64,000 bases of DNA from a virus, in IMG/VR virus record IMGVR_UViG_3300035698_014029, positions 9,517 through 73,516 of that record; one strand, 5' to 3'. Under the pieces are notes generated by a model. The model was not told the DNA's origin. It saw only the letters and a list, made by a program, of their open reading frames with translations, and searched no databases. The position numbers were made by a program, and so were the translations under genes. Positions 1 to 10,350 of the stretch are shown one piece after another (the stretch's first letter is position 1; each line of letters starts with the position of its first letter).

Positions 1-1
1 A

Positions 2-169
2 GATGAAGATAAAGTAAAGATTACTAATATGGTTAAATATAATCAAATAGTAAATGATTATATTAGAATAAGTATAGAGGTAATAAAATTAAATACTGTT
101 ATAAATAATCTTCAAGATAATAAAAGTTATAAATTAAGTTTGGAGTTAGCGAGTAAATTAGGATTTTAA
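2..169 (+). CDS. 3' end of a hypothetical protein (runs off window start)
   Basis: Open frame from base 2 to TAA 167-169 (...YKLSLELASKLGF*). Confidence 0.6.
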   Translation, partial: DEDKVKITNMVKYNQIVNDYIRISIEVIKLNTVINNLQDNKSYKLSLELASKLGF

Positions 170-202
170 TAAATGTTATAATTGATCATTAATATTATAA
201 AT

Positions 203-1441
203 ATGGTAACGAAAGCATTAAAAAGATTTTTCAGGTTAGATTCTATTGAAGAAAAAATAGATCATTATATAGAACTTGAAAAGCAAGAAAGTATTCAAAA
301 ATCAGTAAGAGATGAACTTGCTATAGCTTATACTAATCAAAAAAATATTTTTGATAATAGTGTAATTTCAACTGATGAATTTGTAAAGGTAAAAGTTAAA
401 GAAAAATATGATCTATTTATTGATAGTTATATGTCTGAACTTAAAAAAGCCAAAGGAGAATATGATCAATTAAAATCTAAAAGAGTAAAATTACTTCAAA
501 ATGAAGAATTTGCCAAAGCTGTAAAATTATATAAAGCTCGACAGTTATTTGATAATAATGAATTTTCTTTAATTGTATATGATAATATTATTAAAGCGGT
601 AACTAAAAAAGAAGTAAAATATGCAGATAGTATTGTATTTAATTCTAATCGTGAATTATTATTATTAAAAAGAGCTAAAGGTGATGAAAATGCAGGTAAA
701 TGGGTTATTCCTGGAGGGCATGTTGATCCTGGAGAAATTTGGGAAGATGCTGCGAAAAGAGAATTAAAAGAAGAAGCCGGAATTGATTTAGATAAAATAG
801 AAACATGTTCTGATTCAAATGTTTTATCGGGAGAATATAAAAAAAATGGAGTTCATATTAAATATTATATGTCTTATTTAAAAGAAAAGAATCCTACTAT
901 TCTTTTAGATGATAAAGAAACTCATGATTATGAATGGGTAAAGGTTGAAGATTTAAAAGATTATGAAATGGTTTTTGATATGAAAGAAAATATTGATAAG
1001 ATTATTCATCCTTGGAAACAAAAAGTTATTCAATTAAAAAAATCATTAGATGATGAAATAATAACTCCTCAGATATTTAATTTAGCACTTAAAAATATAA
1101 TAGAAAAAAGTAAAAAAGAGATTAAGGAAATAAATAATATAGAAAAAGCTGATAAATATTCAAAAGATCAGTTAAAAGATATGATATCTGAACATGAGCG
1201 TTTAATTAAGATATTAAACCCTTACGCTAAAATGGATAAGAAAGTATCTACTGAGTTAGATATTCAAAATAAAGAGCTAGAAGGATACAAAAAACAATTA
1301 TCTACATTAACTAAAGGAAATGAAGTTGATGATAAATATACTTTATCGTTAAATGATTTTGAAAAATTAAACAATACTATAAAAAAAGCTGAAGAATTGG
1401 TACAAGAAGTAAATGAAAAAATTGAAGGATATGGAAAATAA
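203..1441 (+). CDS. Nudix hydrolase with coiled-coil flanks, possibly head-packaged
   Basis: Nudix box GGHVDPGEIWEDAAKRELKEEAG; ATG 203 preferred over TTG 182. Confidence 0.85.
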   Translation: MVTKALKRFFRLDSIEEKIDHYIELEKQESIQKSVRDELAIAYTNQKNIFDNSVISTDEFVKVKVKEKYDLFIDSYMSELKKAKGEYDQLKSKRVKLLQNEEFAKAVKLYKARQLFDNNEFSLIVYDNIIKAVTKKEVKYADSIVFNSNRELLLLKRAKGDENAGKWVIPGGHVDPGEIWEDAAKRELKEEAGIDLDKIETCSDSNVLSGEYKKNGVHIKYYMSYLKEKNPTILLDDKETHDYEWVKVEDLKDYEMVFDMKENIDKIIHPWKQKVIQLKKSLDDEIITPQIFNLALKNIIEKSKKEIKEINNIEKADKYSKDQLKDMISEHERLIKILNPYAKMDKKVSTELDIQNKELEGYKKQLSTLTKGNEVDDKYTLSLNDFEKLNNTIKKAEELVQEVNEKIEGYGK

Positions 1442-2399
1442 TTTTCAAAATACTGAAATAAATTATTTTGAAAATTTATCAGGTAAGATGATTGTTCATC
1501 CGTTATTTGATCAAATTATGAATTTTACTAAAGCAGATGATGATAAATATAAACTTATCTATCAAACAGTAAATTTAATAAATGATAAAAATTATGTAGG
1601 TCAACATACTACAGATAATTTAGATGATGGTTATTTAGGATCTGGGTATAATTTAAAATTAGCTATTAAAAAATATGGGAAAAATAGTTTTAAAATTAGA
1701 TTTTGTTGTTTTTGCAATGATCAAGAAAATTTAGATAAAGCGGAAATTACTTATATTAAGTATTTTCAATCTTTAGATAAAGAAGGAGGTTATAATATAT
1801 TACCTGGAGGTAAGTTTTTTTTAAATGAAAAAATAAGAAAAAAATCAGAAAAAATACGTAAAAAAAGATTTGAAAGTGGAGAAATAGCTCCTTGGAATAA
1901 AGGTAAAATTGGAGTTTATTCTAAAGAAACTTTAAAAAAGATGTCTGAATCAAAAAAGGGAAATATTCAAACATCAGAGTCTAATTTAAAAAGAAGTTTA
2001 GCTTTAAAGGGAAGAATTGTGTTAAAAGAATCAATTGAAAAAGCAAAAGAAACAAGAATAAAAAATGGGACATATAAACAGTCTCCATCGGAAGAAACAA
2101 AAGAAAAACTTCGTCAAGCTAATTTGGGTAAAAAACAATCTCAACAAACTATTAATAAAAGAGTTGAAAAAAACAAAGGGAAAAAGCGAAATTCTAAACA
2201 ATTAGGTAATTTATCTAAAGGACAAAGAAAAAATCTAAAAAAAATAATTCAGAAAGATTTTGATGAAGATATAGTAAAAATTTGGAGTAATAGTTTTGAA
2301 GTTTGTGAATTTTATGTAAATTTTAATAAAACTGTATTATTAAGACAAACAAAATTAGGTAAAAAATATAAAGGATATATCTGGACATATGGAAAATAA
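1431..2399 (+). CDS. GIY-YIG homing endonuclease with NUMOD3-type repeats
   Basis: LIYQTVNLINDKNYVGQH...YLGSG...GYN; repeats SKETLKKMSESKKG, SEETKEKLRQANLGKK; likely start ATG 1431 (MENNF). Confidence 0.9.
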   Translation: MENNFQNTEINYFENLSGKMIVHPLFDQIMNFTKADDDKYKLIYQTVNLINDKNYVGQHTTDNLDDGYLGSGYNLKLAIKKYGKNSFKIRFCCFCNDQENLDKAEITYIKYFQSLDKEGGYNILPGGKFFLNEKIRKKSEKIRKKRFESGEIAPWNKGKIGVYSKETLKKMSESKKGNIQTSESNLKRSLALKGRIVLKESIEKAKETRIKNGTYKQSPSEETKEKLRQANLGKKQSQQTINKRVEKNKGKKRNSKQLGNLSKGQRKNLKKIIQKDFDEDIVKIWSNSFEVCEFYVNFNKTVLLRQTKLGKKYKGYIWTYGK

Positions 2400-3207
2400 T
2401 AAATTTAACTTTTGTATTCCTATAAATGATGAATGGATACAAAAAGCATCTAAAGAAAAAGGTGATAAAAAATATGATAATATGTTTGTGTCAGGAATTG
2501 GAAGTGACAATTCTGAAGATACTGATGAAGAAATTTTAGAACCAAATGGGTTTATTTTAGATAAATTTTTAAAATCTGGAATTGTTAATTGGGAACATAT
2601 GTCTAAACAAAATCCTGAAGCTATAATAGGAGAACCAGTAGAAGCTAAAGTAGAAAATAATAAATTTTATTTAAAGGCAAAATTATATAAAGAAGTTCCT
2701 TTAGCGAGAAAAGTATGGGATGCTATGATTAATATGAAAAAATCTGGCTCTACAAGACAGATGGGATGGAGTATTGAGGGGAAAAAATTAAAAAAAGATA
2801 TTATAAATCCTAAAAAAATTACAAAAGCATTAATTACTGGGATATGTTTAACAATGATGCCAAAAAATTCTAATACGTGGGCAGATATAGTTAAAGGAGA
2901 ACAAAAAAAAGATTATATAGAATTTGATGATGATGCAAATGGTGGTAAAATTTATTTATTAGATATTACAACTCCAAAAGGAGTAAGATTAACAATAGAT
3001 AAAGATTTTAATATAAAGATAGATAAAGCGATGACTACTGACTCTGCAAGAGCGTTAATTCCTGAGAGTTTAGATAATAAACTTGTTAATTTAAAAGGGA
3101 AAACGTTTACAAAAAATATAAAAGAGTTGAGTAATTATCATAAATCTACAGGGTTTAATAAAGACACTTTAAAAAAAATTAAGAAAAAAATTAAGAATTA
3201 TTTTTAA
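2389..3207 (+). CDS. Prohead protease
   Basis: SGIGSDNSEDTDEEIL, VNWEH, IIGEP, MGWSIEG, GICLT..P motifs of phage prohead proteases; upstream of scaffold and capsid. Confidence 0.85.
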   Translation: MENNKFNFCIPINDEWIQKASKEKGDKKYDNMFVSGIGSDNSEDTDEEILEPNGFILDKFLKSGIVNWEHMSKQNPEAIIGEPVEAKVENNKFYLKAKLYKEVPLARKVWDAMINMKKSGSTRQMGWSIEGKKLKKDIINPKKITKALITGICLTMMPKNSNTWADIVKGEQKKDYIEFDDDANGGKIYLLDITTPKGVRLTIDKDFNIKIDKAMTTDSARALIPESLDNKLVNLKGKTFTKNIKELSNYHKSTGFNKDTLKKIKKKIKNYF

Positions 3208-3248
3208 TTGGTCTAAATAAGCATTATATTTATAGCGATTATAAATAA
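3198..3248. promoter_or_regulatory. Two tandem 10-3-10 palindromes (Fur-box-like)
   Basis: ttatttttaa-ttg-gtctaaataa (3198-3220) and atatttatag-cga-ttataaataa (3226-3248). Confidence 0.45.
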
Positions 3249-3284
3249 GATATTTGGTATAGATTATGGAAGATAAAAACATAA

Positions 3285-4097
3285 ATGGAAGATAATACTA
3301 AGAAGCCAGAAGCAAATCAAGATGAAATAAGAAAAAACTTGGCTGCTCTTGATTTCTCAAAAGAAGAAATTGATGATCTTTTAGTAAAAGCTGAAGCATC
3401 AAAATCTGAAGAAGAAATCGAAAAGGGTTCTAAAAAAGATCTTGAAGATTTAGAAAAAGCTTACAAAGAAATAGAAACCAAAGAGGGAGAAGTTGAAAAA
3501 GCTTATAAAACAGATAAAGAAGGTATTTCTGGAGAAAAAGAAGCCATGATGGCTAAAATGAAGGAAAAAGGATATAAACCTGCTGTTGAAAAAGCTGAAA
3601 TTGATGAGCTGAATAAAACTAAGATTGAAAAGAAAGAAGAAATCGTTAAAAGTGAAGATCAGGAAAAGAAAGATGAATTAATAAAAGGTCTTTCTGAAAA
3701 AGTTGAAGAATTAGAAACTAAAGCTAATAATACTGAAGAAGTAGATGAACTTAAAAAGTCTATAGGAAGTGTTACAGAGTCTATTTCTGAAATTAAAAAA
3801 ATAGTAACTAGTATTGCTAATACTCCTAATGGGATGAAATCTCATCAATATAGTCAGTTTTTAGAAAAAGCTGAAGATAATGAACTTAATAACGATAATA
3901 AAAAAGTTATTTCTTTAAGAGATAAAGAAACACTTACTAAATCTTTAGAAAATTTAGCTGATGCTACTGATGATGTAGATAAAAAAGCTTTTTTAGAAAA
4001 AGCTATAATGGATTATAATTCTAATCCAGAATCTCAATTATCAGGTCAACTAGTTTCTGAAATCCAAAAGGCTGAGAATTGTACGTTTACAGCTTAA
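3285..4097 (+). CDS. Capsid scaffolding protein
   Basis: E/K-rich coiled coil between protease and capsid, with many [ILV]xK[ASG] motifs. Confidence 0.75.
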   Translation: MEDNTKKPEANQDEIRKNLAALDFSKEEIDDLLVKAEASKSEEEIEKGSKKDLEDLEKAYKEIETKEGEVEKAYKTDKEGISGEKEAMMAKMKEKGYKPAVEKAEIDELNKTKIEKKEEIVKSEDQEKKDELIKGLSEKVEELETKANNTEEVDELKKSIGSVTESISEIKKIVTSIANTPNGMKSHQYSQFLEKAEDNELNNDNKKVISLRDKETLTKSLENLADATDDVDKKAFLEKAIMDYNSNPESQLSGQLVSEIQKAENCTFTA

Positions 4098-4144
4098 AAA
4101 ATCATATAAGATATTTGGTATAATAAAAAGAATAATAAACATAA

Positions 4145-5638
4145 ATGGACGATTTATATAATGCTGTTAATCAGCTTGATTCAGGCTCAGATGTTTTTGG
4201 GAATCCTCAAATAGTTGATGCTCTTATTAAAGCAACTACAGCAGGAAGTACAACAGGTAGAACTTTAGATAGCACAATAACATCAGGTGCTTCTTTAAAG
4301 GTTGAGTCTTTAGAACCAACTTTAAAAATTCTAACCAATAGAGACAAACATATTAAATTCTATAAAATGTTACCTAAGCAAAAAGCTTATAACACAGTAG
4401 AAGAATACAATCAATTAGTAGATTACGGTGGAACTTCAGGGATTTTCAATAGTGAAGGTGAACTTCCACAATTTACAGATTCTCAATACAGACGTAAATC
4501 TGTATTAATTAAGTACACAGGAATAGCTGGTGAAGTAACTCATCCTGCTATGCTTGTAAAAACTGGAAGTGGTGTTAGTGATTTATTTGCTCAAGAAGTA
4601 CAAAATAAAACAATGTATTTAATGAGAGCTTTAAATACTCAACTTTCTACTGCTAATAGTGATAATGTAGCAAATGAATTTGATGGCTATTTTAAGCAAC
4701 ATTTTGATGGTATTGTTGGTGCAGGTGGAACATTAGCTAATTATAAAAACAGTTCAGCTGTAATTGATGCTAGAGGTGCTTCTTTAACTGATGCTAATAT
4801 AGAAGATGCTGCTCATGCAATTGTAAACGATGGTTTTGGTACTGCAACAGGTATTATATCTGCTCCTGTAGTATTTAATGACTATGTTAAACAATTCCAT
4901 GAAAGTAAACGAGTAAATGTAGGACTTCCAGGAGATGCAACAACAGGTGCAACAATGGGTCAAAAAGTTAATCAAACTGCAACTCAGTTTGGAATGATTG
5001 ATTTAGTAGATGATATCTTCTTTGACAGAAGATTACCAAAAGCTTATAACGCTGCTGCTGAAAATGCACAATCTCCTGCTGTAATTATAGTTGATGGAGG
5101 AGCTCCTTTAGCTGTAGAAACAGATACAAGTAATGAATTTGCAACTGCTGGTGCTGGAGATTATTTCTATGCTGTAGCTTCTAAAAACAGATATGGTGAA
5201 AGTGCTATGACTATTATGAGCACAACTACATTATCAGTTAGTGCATCTCAATCTGTAGATATTAAATTTACAATTACAGATAATGCTTATGCAGCAGAAT
5301 CATTTGTAATTTACAGAACAGAAAAAGATACTCTTAATTATTTAACTGCTGATTTTTATCCAATTTTTACAGTTAATTTAGCTGAAAGAACTGCTGGATA
5401 TGATGGTGGAATAGCTGGATTAGTAAGAGATCGTAACCGAGAGTTACCAAACACAAAAAGAGCTTTTGTATTTGATAATTCAACTGAAATGTGGGGATTA
5501 AAACAATTAGCTCCTATCATGAGAATGGATTTAGCTGTTACTTCTCCAAGTAGAAGATTTATGATTTTAAGTTATCTAACTCCGGTGCTTTACGCCCCCA
5601 AAAAGCTTGCAATCGTGAAAAACATAGGTCGAGCTTAG
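4145..5638 (+). CDS. Major capsid protein (SPO1/Twort-like)
   Basis: GASLKVESLEPTLKILT..FYKMLPKQKAYNTVEEYNQ..., C-terminal PVLYAPKKLAIVKNIG; strong codon bias; position. Confidence 0.9.
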   Translation: MDDLYNAVNQLDSGSDVFGNPQIVDALIKATTAGSTTGRTLDSTITSGASLKVESLEPTLKILTNRDKHIKFYKMLPKQKAYNTVEEYNQLVDYGGTSGIFNSEGELPQFTDSQYRRKSVLIKYTGIAGEVTHPAMLVKTGSGVSDLFAQEVQNKTMYLMRALNTQLSTANSDNVANEFDGYFKQHFDGIVGAGGTLANYKNSSAVIDARGASLTDANIEDAAHAIVNDGFGTATGIISAPVVFNDYVKQFHESKRVNVGLPGDATTGATMGQKVNQTATQFGMIDLVDDIFFDRRLPKAYNAAAENAQSPAVIIVDGGAPLAVETDTSNEFATAGAGDYFYAVASKNRYGESAMTIMSTTTLSVSASQSVDIKFTITDNAYAAESFVIYRTEKDTLNYLTADFYPIFTVNLAERTAGYDGGIAGLVRDRNRELPNTKRAFVFDNSTEMWGLKQLAPIMRMDLAVTSPSRRFMILSYLTPVLYAPKKLAIVKNIGRA

Positions 5639-5688
5639 TTGATAATCAAGTAGTTACAATAAAATAAGGATAGGGTATATCCCAAAAA

Positions 5689-5723
5689 AAAGAGTGGGTT
5701 ATCATACTCACTCTTTCCTTTTT
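5689..5723 (+). terminator. Intrinsic terminator after capsid gene
   Basis: aaagagtgggt-tatcat-actcactcttt then T-rich tail. Confidence 0.7.
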
Positions 5724-5757
5724 AAATTTAAAATATTAATAATTAAAAATTGTTATA

Positions 5758-6423
5758 ATGACTGTAAAAATACAAACAAGTAAAAAGAATAATTTTAATC
5801 AATCTGTACAATTTATAGATGGTATTAAAATTAAATTTGATGAAAAAGGAATAGCAATAGTAAAAGACAAAGAAACTGCTGAAAGATTAGTTGAAAATTC
5901 TGATTTCCTTTTTTATGAAGGACAAGTTCCAGAAGGAAAAAATATCATACATATTCCTATTGTTGATACAAAGAAAGATGATTTAATTATAGAACTTCAA
6001 AATAAATTACGTGTTTTAAATCAAAGACTAGATTCTTTAAAAGCTGATAATGGTTTATTAGAAGCTAATTTACAAGATTGGAAAAAAGAAGTTAATAAAT
6101 TAATTAATGAAAATAAATCATTGAAAGAAATGGTTGGACCAATTTCAAATAAAGAAAAAGAAAAAAAGAAAAGTGAAAAAGTTATTGTTGATCCTAAAAT
6201 AGATCAACAAGAGAATAACGATGATAAAGGTAAAGATAAGAAAGAGAAAAGTGGAGAAGATAAAGAATTGTCTCTAGAAGAAAGAAAAGAAATTTTAGAA
6301 AAAGTTACCGTTCCAGATTTAAAAAATATGTGCAAGGATGCTAACTTAGATAGAGGTGAATGGGAAACACTTAAAAAACCTGCTTTAGTAAAATATTTGC
6401 TTGAGAAATCAGAAAAAAAATAA
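5758..6423 (+). CDS. Hypothetical protein, coiled coil plus C-terminal Rho-N/HeH-like motif
   Basis: C-terminal TVPDLKNMCK...LKKPALVKYL pattern; follows capsid. Confidence 0.6.
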   Translation: MTVKIQTSKKNNFNQSVQFIDGIKIKFDEKGIAIVKDKETAERLVENSDFLFYEGQVPEGKNIIHIPIVDTKKDDLIIELQNKLRVLNQRLDSLKADNGLLEANLQDWKKEVNKLINENKSLKEMVGPISNKEKEKKKSEKVIVDPKIDQQENNDDKGKDKKEKSGEDKELSLEERKEILEKVTVPDLKNMCKDANLDRGEWETLKKPALVKYLLEKSEKK

Positions 6424-6426
6424 ACT

Positions 6427-7227
6427 ATGCCTAGCATAAGGTATAAAACTTTATATAAAAAAAATACAGGGCTTTTATTTTCTCCAGAAGAATTAATTGC
6501 TTTGTATTTTTATGGTATCGATGTAAAAAGTAAAGATGGAACAGATTTAGATAAATCTACTCTTGAATTTAATATCCGACAAGCTCAAGAAAGAGTTGAA
6601 AAATTCTTAGGTATTAAATTAAATAAAATGCTTAAGAATGAAAAAGTAGATTATTTTAGAGGAGAGTATTTAGATAAATTCCCTGTATTTTTTGTAACTT
6701 ACCCAGTAACCGAAGCATTAACTTGTATAGGGTTAATGGGTCAAGTAGAACAGGTTGTATATCCCGAAGATTGGTTATTTAATAGTGGTAATAACAGAGG
6801 AGTTCCACATAGAAAAATAAGTATAGTTCCAGTAAGTTCAGCTACAAGAGGAGTTCAAGCAGGTGGAGATTTAATATATACAGGAGTTATGACTGAAATA
6901 GGGTTAAGAAGTTATTCACATGTTCCCTTTTATTGGTCATTACAATATTCTACAGGTTTTACAGAGATTCCATATGATTTAATGAACATTATAGGGAAAT
7001 ATGCAGCTATTGGTATTTTAGCTATTTTAGGAGATATAATCTACGGGACACCAGGATTAGCATCGCAATCGCTTAGTATTGACGGCCTTAGCCAGACAAT
7101 TAATACGACGAATTCTGCAATGTATTCTGGCTTTTCTGCGAGAATTGGTCAATATTCTAAAGAAGTAGAAAAGTATTTAAAAGAAATGAAAAATTATTAT
7201 AAAGGTTTTAATTTTGCAAGTTGTTAA
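6427..7227 (+). CDS. Head-tail adaptor / neck protein
   Basis: VEKFLGI, YSTGF..IP.DL, GLASQSLSIDGLSQ motifs; position. Confidence 0.7.
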   Translation: MPSIRYKTLYKKNTGLLFSPEELIALYFYGIDVKSKDGTDLDKSTLEFNIRQAQERVEKFLGIKLNKMLKNEKVDYFRGEYLDKFPVFFVTYPVTEALTCIGLMGQVEQVVYPEDWLFNSGNNRGVPHRKISIVPVSSATRGVQAGGDLIYTGVMTEIGLRSYSHVPFYWSLQYSTGFTEIPYDLMNIIGKYAAIGILAILGDIIYGTPGLASQSLSIDGLSQTINTTNSAMYSGFSARIGQYSKEVEKYLKEMKNYYKGFNFASC

Positions 7228-7247
7228 AAATATAAAAATAATCAATA

Positions 7248-8042
7248 ATGGCAAAAAGCATTAGACAAGATACACCTCAAAACGTCATAGGACAACCTAC
7301 TCCATTTTTTGATGAAAGTGCTTTTGATGCTGCAATTTGGAATAAAGGTTACGATATAGTAATTGAAAAAGCGATACGTTGTCCATGTAAAGATAAACAA
7401 ACTACTAAAAATTTATCTACGTGTCAAAATTGTAGAGGGTTAGGGTGGTTTTTTATAAATCCAATTGAAACAAAAGGAATTATAACCGGAATAAATAAAG
7501 ATTTAAAATATAAATCTTTCTCTCCTGAGTTTATAGGGGATATATCATTAACAATAAGAGATAATATTCGTCTAGCATATATGGATAGAATATTATTTAA
7601 AAATGATTATTCTATTCTCAGTGAAGATAAAATTGTAAGAGAATTTGAAGAAAGTGGTTCTATAAAATATTTTGTATTTTTAAGTTATGAAGCTGAAACA
7701 ATAGAAAGTGTATGGGTATTTAATGGAAGCGCAAATCCATTAATAAAACTAACTTCAAGTCAATATTCTATAAATAGTACTAATGGGTTTGCATTAGATT
7801 TAGATTATGATTTTACTTCTATAACAGATTTTAGTGGGAATATAGGTGTAAGATATAAACATGAAGTTCAACATCATGTAGTAGAATTACCGCATGATTT
7901 AAGACGTTCATTTAAGATAGATAATAACGGAAAAGAAGAAAAATTACAATTACCAGTTAATGCTATATGTAGAGTAGCTCATCAAGTGTTAGATTTAGCA
8001 AATTATGATGGAGATGGTATAATTGACAATAGTTATTTATAA
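7248..8042 (+). CDS. Neck / head-closure protein
   Basis: EKAIRCPC...CQNCRGLGW motif typical of SPO1/Twort-like neck proteins. Confidence 0.7.
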   Translation: MAKSIRQDTPQNVIGQPTPFFDESAFDAAIWNKGYDIVIEKAIRCPCKDKQTTKNLSTCQNCRGLGWFFINPIETKGIITGINKDLKYKSFSPEFIGDISLTIRDNIRLAYMDRILFKNDYSILSEDKIVREFEESGSIKYFVFLSYEAETIESVWVFNGSANPLIKLTSSQYSINSTNGFALDLDYDFTSITDFSGNIGVRYKHEVQHHVVELPHDLRRSFKIDNNGKEEKLQLPVNAICRVAHQVLDLANYDGDGIIDNSYL

Positions 8043-8057
8043 AGTAAATTTTTAAAA

Positions 8058-8390
8058 ATGGATCAATGGGAAAAAGATTTAAGATCTCATAATATTTTAA
8101 AAGGAATTAATGTTATGGTTAATTCTGGTGATTTATTAGAGAAAGCTCAAGTAGGTGGTTTTTATGCCGATACTCCTCAAAACAGAGAAGGTGGTATAGT
8201 TGGTATGCCTTATGCTAAAAAAAGCAGTGGAAGTGCTGCTAAACAAAATTCTGCGGTAGGTAGCGGAGGTGTTAAAAAAGAAATAAGCCTATTAAGAAAT
8301 AAAATAGTTGAATTAAGAAAAGAAGGCAAAACAGTAGAAGCTAATAAATTATCAGCAGCATTAAAAGAAAAAATAAAAAAATTATCATAA
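8058..8390 (+). CDS. Small basic virion-associated protein
   Basis: ILKG and LEKA motifs, YADTPQNR; lies in neck module. Confidence 0.55.
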   Translation: MDQWEKDLRSHNILKGINVMVNSGDLLEKAQVGGFYADTPQNREGGIVGMPYAKKSSGSAAKQNSAVGSGGVKKEISLLRNKIVELRKEGKTVEANKLSAALKEKIKKLS

Positions 8391-8398
8391 AATAATAT

Positions 8399-9169
8399 AT
8401 GATTCCTATTACTATAAATATTGGGAATTTAGCAAATGAAATATCCTTAACTCCTACAGAAGTTAAGTCTTTTGCTAAAATGACTTTAGATAGAGTTGTT
8501 ACAAGATATGAAACTTTATTAAACGAACAAATTAATAAAAAACTTCATAAAACTAAACAAGCTTATCGACAAAGTTTAAGTTTCGAATATTTAAATGATT
8601 ATAAAGCTGTTTTTATTTTATCAGGAAAAGGAATAGGGAAATTAGCTTTAATGATGGAAAGAGGAGCTTCTCCTTGGGATATGAAAGGATCATTCTTAAA
8701 ATCATCTAAAGCTAAAACAGGTAAAGACGGTAAAAGATATTTTACAGTTCCATTTAAACATGCAACAAGTGAAGCTATAGCTGAATCATCTACTTTTTCA
8801 AATAAATTAGTACAGGAAGCTCAATTAATAGCTAAAAATCAACCCGGAGTTCCTTTAGGTTTTAATCAATTACCAGCAGGATTACAACAAAAAGGAATAA
8901 GGCAACCTGTAACAAGAAATGGAATAACATCTCCATCTTATGAGCATAAAACTCCTATATTTCAAGGGTTAGTTAAATCAGTTAATCCTAAACATTCTGG
9001 ATATTTTACATTTAGAAGAGTAAGTGAAAAAAATGCTGATAGTTGGTTTCATCCTGGATTTGAAGAATATGATTTAATGGGAAAAGCATTAAATGGATTA
9101 GAAAAAGAAATAAAAAGAATAACTTTTTCTTGTAAAGAAGAATTTTTAGATTTAAAATTTGGAAAGTAA
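8399..9169 (+). CDS. Neck / tail completion protein
   Basis: MERGASPWDMK, YFTVPFKH, YFTFRRVS...WFHPG motifs. Confidence 0.65.
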   Translation: MIPITINIGNLANEISLTPTEVKSFAKMTLDRVVTRYETLLNEQINKKLHKTKQAYRQSLSFEYLNDYKAVFILSGKGIGKLALMMERGASPWDMKGSFLKSSKAKTGKDGKRYFTVPFKHATSEAIAESSTFSNKLVQEAQLIAKNQPGVPLGFNQLPAGLQQKGIRQPVTRNGITSPSYEHKTPIFQGLVKSVNPKHSGYFTFRRVSEKNADSWFHPGFEEYDLMGKALNGLEKEIKRITFSCKEEFLDLKFGK

Positions 9170-9879
9170 TGGCTAACATACCTTTATTAACATTAAAAAA
9201 AGTATTAGATGGTTTGATTCAGTGGGTATCTGATAATCAAAATGATACTAATATACCAGAAGATGAGAAATGGCTATATAGAAATTTTAATGATGTTGAA
9301 TTAGGAACATATAAGTTTTTAGACCAATTACAAAATATGGTGTTAAGAACATCTAAAAATGCGAGGAAATTAGAGACAAGATTAATGTTCGATATGGATA
9401 GAGCTAATTTTCCTACAATTCATATACATTTACCACAAGAAAATGCTGGTGCTCAAAATGCTATAGGTACTAATATTTCAAGTGAAATGTATTTAAATAC
9501 AGATAATACTGCAAATTATATACATGGTAGATCTTTTGATTCTTCATATGATTTAATTATTACAAGTGATAATGATATGGAAGTGATAATGATTTATGAA
9601 TTTTTAAAATGTTTATTTGTAGCAGCAGCAGAAACATTGGCTGAAAATTTCACTGTTTTTGATTTCTCAGGAAAAGAATTGATACCAAATTTTGAAGTTG
9701 TTCCTAATGGTGTATATTTTAGAGCATTAACAGTTAAATTAGATCAATTAGTAGAAACACCTAGTATAGTTAAAATAAACACAATAACTAATTTTGACAG
9801 TATTGTAGGAACACCTGTTGAAGAACTTAATGTCGGTATTGGAGCAATGATAATTGAAAATACATTTATAATATCTTAA
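9169..9879 (+). CDS. Putative tail terminator / completion protein
   Basis: Position before sheath; FPTIHIHLP..E motif. Confidence 0.55.
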   Translation: MANIPLLTLKKVLDGLIQWVSDNQNDTNIPEDEKWLYRNFNDVELGTYKFLDQLQNMVLRTSKNARKLETRLMFDMDRANFPTIHIHLPQENAGAQNAIGTNISSEMYLNTDNTANYIHGRSFDSSYDLIITSDNDMEVIMIYEFLKCLFVAAAETLAENFTVFDFSGKELIPNFEVVPNGVYFRALTVKLDQLVETPSIVKINTITNFDSIVGTPVEELNVGIGAMIIENTFIIS

Positions 9880-9889
9880 ATTTAAAAAT

Positions 9890-10339
9890 ATGAGTCAAGT
9901 TAGCAGAACAGTTTTAAAAACTTATTTCAATACTGGAGATACTCCAAATGAAGCACAATTTGAAAATTTTATTGAAAGTGTACCTAATATAACAGATGAT
10001 GAGGCCATAATGCATGTAGCAAAAGCAGAGGTATTATTTTCAAATGTTGCACAAACAACTATTGTAACATTGCCTGCGGATGCGGTTGTTTGGGCTATAT
10101 CGTATGAAGTTATAACTGGGTTTAATGATAGTGGAACTAATGTTATTGATTTTGGAGTAACAGGGGATTCAACAAAAATATTCACTATGGATGATGGGGA
10201 TATCGATTCGCCTACTTTTTCAATTGTAAGTACACCTTATAAAACAACTGGTGAAACAATCACATTTCAATATGTAGGACAAAATTCAGATGCAACAACA
10301 GGAGCAGCATACGTTTATATACATTATACAGAACATTAA
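9890..10339 (+). CDS. Virion structural / decoration protein
   Basis: SRTVLKTYFNTGDTP.EAQF N-terminus, beta-rich body. Confidence 0.55.
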   Translation: MSQVSRTVLKTYFNTGDTPNEAQFENFIESVPNITDDEAIMHVAKAEVLFSNVAQTTIVTLPADAVVWAISYEVITGFNDSGTNVIDFGVTGDSTKIFTMDDGDIDSPTFSIVSTPYKTTGETITFQYVGQNSDATTGAAYVYIHYTEH

Positions 10340-10350
10340 AATATAAAAAA

